From: Ylistrum balloti
Taxonomy: Eukaryota
Assembly: GCF_031769215.1 (NCBI RefSeq)
Contig: NW_026782527.1
Coordinates: 434,001-498,000 of the forward strand
Direction of reading: 5' to 3'
DNA: 64,000 bases
In this document: piece after piece, positions 13,001 to 26,885 of the stretch
Layout: each line of letters starts with the position of its first letter
Numbering within the stretch: position 1 is the first letter of the stretch
Translations under genes and position numbers: made by a program
Notes under the pieces: model-generated
The model's input: the letters and a program-made list of their open reading frames with translations, nothing else
What the model was told of the DNA's origin: nothing
The model's database searches: none

Positions 13001-14389
13001 TTGGAGTTATTTACAGTGTATTTATTAGTGTTTAGGGTCAGAAAAACCTGGTTTTATTGTCTACCAGTCAATGACAATCATGACACTAGCGACATGTATT
13101 GACGTATATATTATACATTCGCTATAAATCTAAGATATCTGTTGGCTGAGTTTCCCATTAATACACTAGACACACATACTACATACTATGATAGGAGATG
13201 GATTTTAATTTTGGACAATCCTCAGTACAAATTCATACCTTTCCTCCCCTTGGAGCTAACCCCAGCAAACTCTTTATTGATTCCGTCACAAGAACTTCAC
13301 AACCACGACTCAATCCCTCGAGTTTAAATTTGTCTACCTCCTAAATCTAATCTCTCCTTTTATCGATAATTATCAATTTCTGCTAGGAGTATTCCCAACA
13401 ACAGCTGTCTGTAGACAAAAAAAAAATAGGATATCCTTGTTTGCGAGCCATACATTCTAATCCTTTCCCTGACAGCTTAGCTTTATCAATATTTCTAAAG
13501 CTTAAATAGAACTACCACAACCAGTCTTTTATCATTTCGAGAAAAAGTTTCATCAGAACGCTATTTATTCAGAAAGCAAAAATCAATGTAATATGTTTTC
13601 CCCGACGTTAATCTCCCTTGCACAGCTGCAGAGAGCTTTCTCAGACCACCTCACTACATTAAGATCCACCACATCGCTCCTCTTTAGGACTTGCTATGGA
13701 GTACATAACCATAAATATTTAACAAAATCATTCCACAGAGAAAAGACTAATACAATATGTTCCAATTGATTGACTATGCATCTTTGTTCTTTGAGTTGTG
13801 TTTTACCTATGTGTTTTGAAAAACACTAAATTCCTGCATTCTTAAGTTCTTCTCAAATTTTTTTTTCTAGGAAAGCATTGTCTGGGCTTTAGTTGTATAA
13901 TCGATGGTATCATATGATCAATCGTTTGTGAGTACATGTGTAGAACACGCTGATACCTCATTGTACATGATACTGTAGAGGGCACAATCTGTGTCTAAAA
14001 TCTGACTTTCCCGTCCACAAGGGAATGCCTAAGTGTGCAATATTGCCATGTATGCAAATGTGTACTGGGACTACCATCATAACTTTGGCCATTATTCTCC
14101 TGCTGAAGCAAACAGTCACGGCCTCTTGATAGTGGTTGATGCCAGAGATCACACACTATTGTAGCTCAACAGGGATTTCTCTCTCGCAAACCGCAACATT
14201 AAAACCAATGTCGCACTTGCTTCATTCAATCATCAATTCTAAACAGACTATGAGCAGCTCTGAACCCACTTCAATCTACAAATCCCTGTCTTTGAAACTT
14301 TCTAACTTACCTCAATCTAAAAATCCCTGTCTTTGAAACTTTCTAACTTATATAAATCTGCAAATCAGTGGTTGTGAATGTTCACAAAG

Positions 14390-14700
14390 AAGTCAAAGCT
14401 GTTCCAAGACCACTTAAAAGTACAAGGGTAGTCCTCTAAAAGAAGTGGTCGGTAACACCAGTGGTCCTTTACAATGGGTGGCTGATAATAGGAGGTTTTA
14501 ACTATCTCAACAGTAAAGAATCGTCTCCTTACATATATGATCTCTTAACATAACTGATCTCATTTCATGGCGGTCCCTAATAAGAGGTTTGATCTCAATC
14601 TTAACAGTGGTGTACAGGCCTCTTATAAAGATGCATGGTATCTGTATAGAGGTGATTTCTTTCTTAATAGAGGTTGTCTTTAGACATAGGTATGCACTTA
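14390..14700. mobile_element. Highly decayed MITE-like element (CAGTCAAACC-type ends, internal AGAGGT/GTGGTC subrepeats)
   Basis: Only degenerate terminal and internal motifs are visible. Confidence 0.3.
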
Positions 14701-14940
14701 ATAGCATGGTTCAATACAGTGGATTACTTGGTGGAATGAATATATGATGGCATCTGAAGAGATGATATTCCCTCAATAATACCTTGAGAAATTATTTGGC
14801 TGTGCAAGTATGAACATAAATTCTCATCTGTGATAATATTTATTATTATTCCCCTTGAATCTAATAAACCTAATGTTTCATAAATACAAAAAATTAACAT
14901 AAAATATTTGAAATCCTTTATCTAACTTTATATAACTATA

Positions 14941-15290
14941 TAACAACCCACCATGTTAGCAATCAGTCGCTATGGTAACAACCCACCATGTTAGCAATCT
15001 GTCCCCATGGTAACAACCCACTATGTTAGCAATCAGTCGCTATGGTAACAACCCTCCATGTTAGCAATCAGTCGCTATGGTAACAACCCGCCATGTTAGC
15101 AATCAGTTGCTATGGTAACAACCCACCATGTTAGCAATCTGTACCCATGGTAACAACCCACCATGTTAGCAATCTGTACCCATGGTAACAACCCACCATG
15201 TTAGCAATCAGTCACTACGGTAACAACCCACTATTACCAATTCATGCCCCTTAACAACTCACCATGATAGCAATTGTTCCCTATGGTAAC
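14941..15290. repeat. Minisatellite, 35-bp unit TAACAACCCACCATGTTAGCAATCAGTCGCTATGG, about 10 copies
   Basis: Directly visible tandem array. Confidence 0.97.
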
Positions 15291-16573
15291 AAACTTTAGG
15301 TCCTCGTTTGATAATTTACACTACCTATGACTACAATTACGTGTTCAAAATAATGTCAAATCAAATTTTCATGTGCAAAATCAAAAGATGGACCACATGA
15401 AAGAATACACAATACAGAATATAGTTACAACTGATAAAAAAAAACATCTTTTGTCAGGCAACTGAATGATGTTCTATTTCAGAAAGCTTATTCAGAATAC
15501 ATCAATGGTACTCAGGATATTTTGCTGCATCATTACATAGCACAAGTTCAAAACTCTGAAAAAGGATAGAGACTAGCATTTAAACAAAGAAAAAAAATGA
15601 CAGAAATCACCCATTTGGAGCCTCGTAAGTAGGACGCCAGTTAAGAACATGGTGTATTCATTATGATATCGCGTTGAAAAGAAGAATTTTTCACTTCTAT
15701 TTCTAATGCCCTTTGGTGCAGTCCAACGGGTCCATTCCTCATTAGCTCCAGTGCACATGCAGTTATTTCTAGGGAACTTGTTACTACAGAAATGAGTTTT
15801 CTACCAGTAATGGGAAGAAAATACCAAGCCATTATAATCAGGTTCACTAGTGTGTTTTTGCAAAAATAGAAAGTGTGTCTTGTCCAGTATAGCCCTCTTT
15901 GTATTTTAAACCATTAAGATTTTCAAACAGTCAGCTTACTGATGATTGAAAAAAACATCATATGTTCCCTCAAAAAGCCCACAAGGTTTTATTCTTTGCT
16001 TTATAATCTCCAAGACTTAAATAGGCACAACTGACTTAGATGCTAAATTTAAGAGCATGCAGTCAGAGTAAATTGTGATGTGTTAACATCTTACAAATGT
16101 ATTGAGATAAGAAAATCATTGTATACTACCAAACCCTCAAAACATTAGAAAACTTTTTTCATGACCTTGGCCTTTGACCTCAATTTTCAACAGGATGTAT
16201 CCTCTGGTCCTGGCAAATTTAAAAGCAGACTTAACATCATTATGTATATATACATTATATAATTTTGTGTGAATGCCTATGTATATATAAAAGTAACAAT
16301 AAATGAATTACATGTATTCGTCCTTCTTCTAATACAAAACTATTTCTCACATTATTTCAGAGAATACATTGACTCTGTCATTTTCTAACTAAATATAGTA
16401 CAGTCTGATCAAGAACATAATTATCCAACAAAGCTAGTTCTGGCTATGTAAACTCTAAGCTCAGATTTGCCATCCAATTTTTCAATTTTGGATTCAATCA
16501 GACATTTTGAAATTTTATTAGGGAGACAATACTGAAATAAGACAGCTAACTAAAAATAGTTTTAGTAAATTAC

Positions 16574-16791
16574 CAATTTTCCAGCACAGAAATGCCAGCC
16601 ATAACTAGTCTGTGATGTCTTTTCTGTCTTCCATCCGCCAAAAGAATTGTCTTTTGGGATTGCAAAATTGTGCAAATTGGAAAAACAGTCGAATGTTATT
16701 ACAATCCTGATTGGCTCATTATTTCTGTCGCAAAACTCTTGTGAACTGTACAGAATCTGAGCCACACATTCTTCAAAAAAGATTGTATAAA
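16574..16791 (-). CDS. Candidate internal exon (YTIFFEECVAQILYSSQEFCDRNNEPIRIVITFDCFSNLHNFAIPKDNSFGGWKTEKTSQTSYGWHFCAGKL)
   Basis: Acceptor GAGTATACAG| and donor TTG|GTAATT. 72 open codons overlapping ORF 16562-16765. Ends in phase 0. Product not recognised. Confidence 0.35.
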
Positions 16792-17369
16792 CTGTATACT
16801 CAAAGGCAAATAATTGTCATGGACAGTTGATTCATTACCCATGAACTATTCAAAGGGAATCATTGTACAGTGGAATAGGGAAGATGACAACAAAATGGAA
16901 GAATTGGTAGGCAAATGAGACAAAGGGAGGGTGATGACTTGTTAGAAGAAGAAACTTGAAAAGAATTGGAAACAAAGCAGAATGGAAGAAAACTAAAAAA
17001 AATTAAAACCTCCTATAAGTGCACAAACAGAGTAAAGAAACTGTGTGCTCAGTTCCACAGACGGACTCTGGATACAGTCTATGATCAATCAGCTGGAAAG
17101 GTAATATCAGCCATTTTTTGGCTAAATATATGTATTAAATACCATTTGCAAGGAGCACATTGAAAGTGAAATCCTTTTGAACTTAAAATATCTTAAATAA
17201 TCATTCATTCTTTGGATTAAGTTAATATGTCCATATACAAAAACAAGTCTAGTTTTAATGATACACAGTTTCCAACTATCACATTAGGATAAGGAAGCCT
17301 AGCTTAATTCAAAGCATTGAAAATTTACTTAATATTCTAACATAAAACTTACTGAAACTTGATGTTTTA

Positions 17370-18610
17370 CATCCAACAAATTAACCTCTACCAACCTAGA
17401 AAATACTATTTGCCCTTACAATAAACTTCTACCAATTATACCAACAATATTTAACTTACAAATTAACCTTTACCAACATTGACACACTATTCATCGCAGT
17501 ACAATTAAGACACCCTATTCACCCTGTCAATTAACCTTTACAAATATAGACACACTATTTATGGAATAAATCAATCTTTACCAATATAGACACACTATTT
17601 ATGGCATAAATTAACCTTTACCAATATAGACACACTAATTATGGCATAAATTAACCTTTGCCAATATAGACACACTATTTACCCCTCAAATTAACCTTTA
17701 CCAATATAGACACACTATTTATGGCATAGATTAACCTTTGCCAATATAGACACACTTTTTATGGCATAAATTAATCTTTACCAATATAGACACACTATTT
17801 ATGGCATAAATTAACCTTTACCAATATAGACACACTTTTTATGGCATAAATTAACCTTTACCAATATAGACACACTATTTACCAACAAATTAATTATTCT
17901 CACAAATTAACCTTTACCAATATAGACACAATATTTACCCCACAAATTAACCTTTACCAATATAGACACACTTTTTATGGCATAAATTAACCTTTACCAA
18001 TATAGACATAATATTTACCCCACAAATTAACCTTTACCAATATAGACACACTATTTACCCCTCAAATTAACCTTTACCAATATAGACACACTAATTATGG
18101 CATAATTAACCTTTACCAATATAGACACACTATTTATGGCATAAATTAATCTTTACCAAAATAGACACACTATTTATGGCATAAATTAACCTTTACCAAT
18201 ATAGACACAATATTTACTCCTCAAATTAATTATTCTCACAAATTAACCTTTACCAATAGACACAATATTTACTCCTCAAATTAATTATTCTCACAAATTA
18301 ACCTTTACCAATATAGACACAATATTTACTCCTCAAATTAATTAATCTCACAAATTAACCTTTACCAATACAGACACACTCTTTATTCCACAATTGACTT
18401 TTACAGAAATAAATACACTATTTATCTCACAATTTCACCTTTACCAATACTGTCACACCATAAAACCAGTATTTACCCTACAAATATACATTTACTATTA
18501 ATTTCTACAACTTAACCTTTATCAATATATACACACTAATTACTCCAAATGTTTTTCTATTTCTCCCTACAAATAAACCTTTATCAATATAAAAACAAGA
18601 TATACCCCAC
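17370..18610. repeat. Minisatellite, ~40-bp unit AAATTAACCTTTACCAATATAGACACACTATTTATGGCAT, with degenerate edges
   Basis: Directly visible. The homogeneous core is about 17545-18380. Confidence 0.95.
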
Positions 18611-19852
18611 AAATCAGGAATATTTGGTACAGAGTCTGGGTTAACTTGTCATGAATTTGCAGACCTCAAATAGAGGTTATAACATTGAAAGATGCTGAAA
18701 CCGCTGATGAACCTACAAGTAGTCAAGAGTCAAAGACTGGATTATGTTTCTGGTTCGGGTATTGAAATTTAAACTCTTCATTTTACAACAATTACCAAAC
18801 AAGTTATCCAACATTCAGAGTATATGCTAATGAAATTATTCCTTATAAGCCATTTTCACACTAAAATGAGTTCTCACAACCAACAGTTCACTACGTGCAT
18901 AAAGACTGTCTCCATTATAAGACAACTTTATACTAAATCTTCCCTAATACTGGTGTAGACATACTAATCTTAATATTGTGTAACCTTTTCCATTATACTG
19001 CAACTTCTCAACCATCCCTTATTCGTTGCTAGATATATTACATAAAAGTCTGAATAGGGACAGACCCTCTCCTCCATAACATGTCTAAATCTTCCTAATT
19101 GGCACTCCTTGTTGAGGAGATTTGAGTTTACATTTACAGAACCATTACCAGATAATGAACTTAGATACTAGACTGAAAATCATAGATGAGATGCTTCCAG
19201 CTCTATATGTCTCAGAAAGCCACGTCAGCATCTAGATACTTCAGTCTGGGAAGAGGACTTCCCAATGACCAACAACCAAGTTAATACGTCTTAAAGTCTG
19301 TTAAATTTATTTATCTACCCACATTCAGCACTTTAAAAAAAAGGTTTGGACAACAGAGAACAATCTGCTTCAATTTTGCCGTGCACTCTTTGGAAAGAGA
19401 AAAAAATGAATTAAACACTTCACACTACCATGTTCCATGCATTTTACATGATTCTTTAACCAAAGTATTTTTGTTACATACCTACAGCATATAGAGCCCA
19501 GTACTACAAGACATGCATGCAATCCAACACTTATAGAGCTAGCTCTACAACAAATTTTCCAGGGACAACTCTCAATCTACTACAACTAAATTCGAATAAT
19601 GCATAAACATTAAGATATCCAATTTCATTCATGATCATAGATTGTGTGTACAATTTGTTAAAATCCAAAGGTTAAATATCATGATTTCATCTAAAGATTT
19701 TAATAACAACATCACTTCACCTACAGACTAAATATCAAGATTTTATCTGAATTTAAATCTTTCAATTCAAAACTGTAAAGAGATTTCTCTATTTCCTAAA
19801 ATTACTTAAATTAATTCAATACATTAAATCTGTTTTATCCTATCAAATCCAT

Positions 19853-20120
19853 AGTCAATTCCTGTGTACCTTTCTGTATAGCAGCAGATTCCTGTGCACC
19901 CTTCTATAGTCATCAATTTCTGTGTACCTTTCTGTATAGAGTCAAATATTTCTGTGTACCTTCTCTTTCTATATTCACTCATTTCTCTGCACTTTTCTAT
20001 AGTCATCAATTCCTGTGTACTTTTCTGTTGAGTCACAGATTCTCGTGTACCTTTCCTTTCTACAGAATTACAGGCTATGATGCACCTTTCCATAGAATTA
20101 ACGACTATTGTGTACCTTTT
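19853..20120. repeat. Degenerate minisatellite, ~29-31-bp unit (AGTCAATTCCTGTGTACCTTTCTGTAT-like)
   Basis: Recurring TGTGTACCTTT core, about 9 diverged copies. Confidence 0.8.
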
Positions 20121-23100
20121 TTCAATATGTCATCTACCTTTTAAAATATGTCACTACTGATTAAGCAAATTCTTTTGAAAATATATCATACAGGTTGTTT
20201 TCAGTTAAGATCTGATTTTGAAGGAGACAATTTATCCATGTCGAAAAAAGCTTTAATTTGTCAACCTCTCCTGTATAAGATAAAAGTTTCCGTTTTCATT
20301 CCCTAAGCCTTGTATTGGAATACAATGTTTGCATTTCTTATTATTTTTCAATTCTTTGTAAAGTTTAAGAGATTTTAAATTCCTTAAAGTGCTATCATAA
20401 CACTTTGCTCTTGATAGCAAAACCTTTAATCTTGGAGACGCCAGATTATCCAAGATATTGTACACACATTTCTGGTTTACACAGGCACCATTGGGTCCTC
20501 ACTTTTCAACATTCAGCCATATCATCAAAATATCTATACCTCAATTTTGTTGTAAATGAATCACAATTGAAGATTACAACTATTTATAAGTATGTTTATA
20601 CTACTTCTCTTGATTTAGTCAGGTGTGGAATAAGTAAAAAGTGAACACCAGTTTCATCAGAAACCAGTGGTCATTTTCATATCTGTGCAGACTTCTAAAA
20701 GCCCTTGCACAGTTTTGATGTGGCACAATATTGAACATACCAGTGACCGCTCATGAAATTCAAAATTGATTTGTGGACAGCCACTTTCAGTTTACACAAA
20801 CATTATTTTTCACAAATTGCCCATATACTTACAAAATTTTATTCTGAGAGATTCCTAAGATGTAATTTAATATCATTGCTGAGCTTCCAATAACCCAAGA
20901 AATATCTGTCATAAGTTAAATTGACAAGCCAGGTAGCGGCCATAAGCTTCATATTTTAATTTAGATTTTGAGGCAATTCTGTCATATCCCAACAAAAGGA
21001 CTCCCGCTGACCAGGTTTATTACACCTGGGCTCAGCCCAGGTATCCCTATTTTGTATCAGACATCTCAGTGCAGGTCTTCGGCCGAGTCCAATAGGGCAG
21101 TCTACCTGAGCTTTAAAGGTATATGTTGTACCTGTGAAAGATCAGCTATCTGTTGGACCTTATCAGCGTATTTACTAGCTAATATAACTTATCTATCTGT
21201 CTTTATTGACACAGAGCCTCACTAATGCTACAATGTTTGCAATATTTCTCGGCCAACGTTATTGTATTATCATTACAAGTGAATGTCCGTCACATTGTGT
21301 CCGGGTCTCCTGTACTTCACACATTGACCTACTCAAATACATATCACTAACAATGCTATACATTTAACAACTTACACTAAAGGGAGATGATAAATGCAGA
21401 AAAAAAAACTAAATTAAATTAGGGATTTTTGTTTTACTTTTATCTAATTAAATAAATGTATATGACCAGTAAAATAATTTTTCCATCATCCCCAATAGAA
21501 ACATGGAAATAAATGTAGATAAGATCACGAACTATCAGACCATTTACACAAATAGCTGTTGATCTAGAGATTTAGAGGCCATGTGTCTGGAGATTTATTT
21601 TCTTAACATCAATGCATTTCAACATTCATGATCATGGAAATGTTTTACTTTCACTAAAAAATTACTTAGAAGTCTTGGTGTTCAATTATGATTATCCCAA
21701 ACACTGTGTTAATCAAGAGTTACTTCACATACACAAATGACTGTGACTTTTTAATATGAAGCAAGGGAAGAATGTAACTCACCATATGGCTAGTTAAAAT
21801 CGTTTGTTTGCTGTGTGATCATTCCATCCATAATTAAGATCATTTTAGTAGCATGCAGAAGCTAGTGGCTACTTTACTGAACAACATAAGGGAGGCTCAG
21901 TGGAGCAAATCTAGAGCATTGGGTAGATTGCCTTGCCCAAGGAAACAGCCACAACATACAGGAATGTCTGGTCTGTTTCATGAGAAAAACAAACCACCCC
22001 TCATTGGGATAGTGGAACAGTTCAAAAGAGATTAAAAGTTATGGATATACTGTATTAAAGAATGACTCTTTATTGGAGCGTTAATCTAATAACACAACAT
22101 ATTTTTGATAACAGCATTGTTCTTTTATGAATCAAATTTATTTTGGAGTCATAAACAGTCCTTTATCATTCACAATCCTTTCCCCCAAATTCCTTTCCCT
22201 ATTAACCTAATGATAGTGACTTGCTGGCATACATTAGGAACATATGTTGTTGTACCTAGCAATGTCTAGCCACACTTGAACCAGTGTACTATAACAACTG
22301 ACAATAACCTTGTGCACACATCAACTACACTTGCTAATTTGCCTGCCCCAATAGCTATTCATGTATGCAGATTGTAGTATTAAGGATTTAGCCAGTCATG
22401 ATCCTCAATGCCAATGTGTGAATAATAGCCATAACTTTGTCCAAGCAAACTGGGGATCACAGGTTTGATCTCACTGGATAACTGTTCTCTAGCCTTGAGG
22501 TCAGCTCAAGATAGGCAAACCTGTTGAAGTACAAACACTTTGCTGTGTTAGCTTCAATGTAAATACATTATTACACAGGTTAATTACTTTTTTCAAAATT
22601 TTCAATTTTCTCAAATAAAAGTAGTATTTCCAAACCTTTAAATCTAAGAACTGTAAGATGTGATGACATAGACAATTTGGATTTAGTAAGTCCTGAAATT
22701 TTTGGGAGATTGGATAATCTAACATTGTAGATAACTACACCACCGAAGGGGTGAGGTCAGCACCAATCTATTAATAGTAACACAACACGTGCCAATACTT
22801 CTTGTAGCTCTCATGTTGCCTCTTAACTACAGCATGAAATATATTTCTTTAATAACTGTGCCTGTGCTCCTCCCTTGTGTATTCTAGGACATACTCAGGC
22901 CCATTAACTCTATGTTATTTATTATTATTTAAATAAATCAAAATTGTCAAGTAACTTTTATCATTTTATGTTATAACAATCATTCTTTGAAACAGAATAA
23001 CTCCATGAAACTAAAACAAGTTGATACAGTTCAAGAAAAAGCTTGGCATATATACAGTAAAACCATTAGTTAAAACATATTAAATCCACTTTCTAGGTCA

Positions 23101-26100
23101 CAGCTTTTTTGTTTCAGTACATAGTGATCCTTACAGATTCAATAAAATCATAAGGATTTTTCGCCTATTTTTGCGAGGATATGATGTGCAATTTTTTCAC
23201 CACTCCCCTCCTCCCCCGAACTAGCTACTTTGCAACCAATATTTTAGACCAAGACTAGTAATATTGTTTAGCATAATGGATGCCATCACCATAGCATTCA
23301 ACAGTTATCTTTAATCTTGCAAAAATATTGAAATGGTCCAAATAAATTAAATCAGATACAATCAGCAAGGATGACGAGTTTGAGAGAGTTTTGAACCCCA
23401 GAGAGGTGGCAGGTGAATGTGTTACTCCCAATCTCTATGGTAACATGTCACCGCTCTTCAACTTTGATGTTTGTACACAAAATGAAAGAAGCCACAGCCG
23501 AAAAACACCTCCAGAAAGATGTCCTTGTTGTTTTCATGTGATTTCTTTTCCAATGAAAAAATATGTTACATGGTGTATGTTGAGGAAGAGATTAAGCATC
23601 AACATGATCACAAGGACAACACACACCATCTATCATTCCTGGGCTATTGTGTACTACTACAAGCAGTTTATACTGTGTGGTGTCTTAGGTTACTCCCTGG
23701 GGTCCCTCACAAAACCTGGCCTTTGATGGGTTGGACATCTGTGATCAGTCTACAATGAACACATACATCATCTACCTGTGGTGTAATCATGTATTAGGCC
23801 TGTAAACCTTCACTGAACATTTTATTTTACAAGCGAACTGGATAGCCTTGATTTGTCATATACTTAAATAAACATTTTACATAAATATCTGATGTTATAA
23901 AATTGAAATAAATAATTGGCTAAATCAAACCCATTACATACATCTGACAAAAAAATCAACAAATTGAGATACAATATCGCAAGACTTGAAGGCCAATATG
24001 AAAATAATTAATTTATGATATAGCTATAATGACACTGCGTACATGCACGCTGTATCTTTTGCATTCACAATTATCAACCCATTTACTCAACTCGATATAA
24101 AAGTATGTACCAAACCATCATTTTCAAGGTTAAAATTATTCTACTATATGAAGAAAATAACAGAATATTTTGTCTATATCAGGTCTACCACATGACATCT
24201 AGTGTAATATTTTGAGATTTCATAATGATTACAAAATACCTGTGACTATTTTGTTCTTATCTTTGTAAAACTTCATAGCAATACAAAGTCAAATATGTCT
24301 GTTATAGAATATCTTATTTTAGACTCCGTTCAAAAGGATTTCAAAAGCTGACTGCAAAGTGCACATCAAACCACTATTTATTAGAAATAATTTAAAACTT
24401 TAGGCCACACTTATCATTTGTATGAGAAACTTAAAATATCTGAATTTAATTGGATTTACTTATCAGGAATGTGACTTTAAAAAAAACTATACATTACATA
24501 TATATATAGAAAATGTAAAAAGCTTTTCAATCATCCTGGTAGTCAATTTACAACAGAGTCCGATTTATTTAAATTTAAAATGCTGGTATGAATATTTAAT
24601 GTGCTGTATGGAGGTACATGTGTGCATGAATCTCAATGTCCTCATTAGCTGCTTTTGAATCTTGATTAGACATGTTTTTAAAATGAAACTGCTTTTAAAT
24701 AAAACACAGACCAATTTTATCCAAACTTTGGTATTTACCGGTAAGATTTTTGTTAATGTGATGGCAGCCTCAGTATACTTGAAGTCTACCTTTTGAACAG
24801 ATCAATGTGTCAATTTACTTTCAATAGTTGACACTTGCATACTATGTACTCTCTCATACTTGGTGCTCTGCTTTTTTTAAAAACTTTTTTAAGTGGCATG
24901 CACATTAAGATAAAAGCAATTTCATCCCATTTATCAAGGAGATGATAGGTATTTAAAAAGCCTATAAAAAATGACAATTAAACATAGCATGAAAGCCTGT
25001 TTAAAGTGTTACCTGTGTAAAACTAGGCTTAACTGTGTGTCCAGATTCTATACGGACATAAAAATCTGATTTGGGATTTGTAAATGTCTGGTCCGCGACA
25101 GGAAAAATACTATACAGGGCATCTCTAGTTTTTAACAAGATCAAATTGTATGAAACATGAATTTTCACAGAGCGTACATAAATCAAATGATCAGAGAGTA
25201 ACATCAATAGCGTCGTCGGGACCAACACCAGGACAGGGTCCTTCTGTTAAATACATGGTGTGAGGACGAGACGACCTACCACGCACACCACAACATAGAT
25301 ATGTATCATATCTGGTATTGAACTGTAGATGCGATTGTGTATTGGCCTCTGCAGATAGCTGTTGGGAATACGTATTACACTTCACCATGTGTATTTATCA
25401 TCTTAAGACTCAGGACAGGGACTGGAGCATGCTAAAAGTCTTCTTATCTAGGTGTTTCAATAATGATTTTTAGGAGAATGTTTTTTTGACAACATTGATA
25501 AATGATCTCAATATAGCAGAAAATTTTATAGTAGTCTAGAGCGTTTAAACTTCCTATCTCAGATAACAAATACATATATCACAACAAGGTAAAATTATGT
25601 GTTAGGTCTAAAATCTTCCTGAAACAAACACTATCATACACTTTCTGACCATCACACATATACAAATAAATCTCTTAATTCTACAAAACCCGAGAAAGAC
25701 ATAAATGATTTATATGTTCAACATAAAGCCTGTTGTCTACAGTATATCTACCTCTGTCACATACAGCGGGGGTGTAATTGATTTGTGGGCAAATGAAATA
25801 AGCATTGTCATTTGAAATTAATTTCCCTCGTAAATTTTCCTGTAACATATCAAGGTTAAACTTGCACAACTATTTAAATATGTTAATAATTAACATATAT
25901 TACACATTAAAATGTTAATTGATCATTATTACACTGACATATGTTCTTTTGTACAAAACAATTAACATAGCAGCTGTTATTTAATCAAATACACATTCCT
26001 GTGTGTGTATGTTTCTACATGTAGCAGGGTTCAAATATTTGTTTAAACCTTACCGTCAACTTTTCCCAATCTTAATTCTTTACAGAATATTCAATTAACA

Positions 26101-26885
26101 AGGTATATGTTTTTCATACACATAAATCCAAGCACTGTTGTTATCAAATAATATCTTTGCAATAAAGCTAACATCATGGGTACAAAATTTCTGTTATCAA
26201 AGAAATTGTTTTGTAGCAGTTGAATGAATTTTGTAAGTGATATGCTAAGCTGTCGACCCATGAACGATTGTATCTGGTTAAAAGATGGCTATCTGTATTT
26301 CGCACCATACTGGTACAATAGGTGCTTGCTGATCCGTGAAAGAACCATTTAATTCAGTACTCCTAAATACTGTTGTCAAGTAATGCAAATTTCTACTTGT
26401 GTAAGAAGAGAAATGGACAGATTCTAAGCTTGAATATTACATAATCATGATGACCCCAATATCACTTAATCCTAATAAAGACCATGACGACCTAAGATTT
26501 ACCGTTAAGCCCAAAGTTGCCAAGAATTAAAAAATTTTCAATAATGAGTGTCACTAAATACTGCTTTACTGACCTCATTTTCTAATGCGTCTTTTGAACT
26601 GCTTCTTAATTCTGAACAAAATGCATTTAAATGCAAATGAAGGTAAGTACTTTTTAAAAGATTACTATTCATTTTATAGCCCCAAACAAATCTACACAAT
26701 GAAGCATACAAGTTCTAACTTTCTTAATGTACTTCAAGTAAAATTCCTTCAACTATAATATTATGATGTACTTTACAATATGCACAGCATGAAACATCTC
26801 ATCTTTATTCAATGTTAGATGTTTCAAATTATTTTTCCCCATGCTAGGTGAAATGACTTATTCAGACCTGAACCGACTGACATAC

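Noticed and set aside
13515-13560. Hammerhead (minus strand CTGATGAAACTTTTTCTCGAAA)
   Set aside because: No helix II or helix I complementarity.
14280-14350. 30-bp direct repeat as a target-site duplication
   Set aside because: Only ~11 bp separate the copies, so it is a simple local tandem duplication.
21024-21042. 9-bp perfect palindrome as a regulatory site
   Set aside because: An isolated short hairpin in a probable TE fragment, with no further support.
23391-23758. Overlapping + ORFs as a gene
   Set aside because: No recognisable motif and no convincing splice sites.
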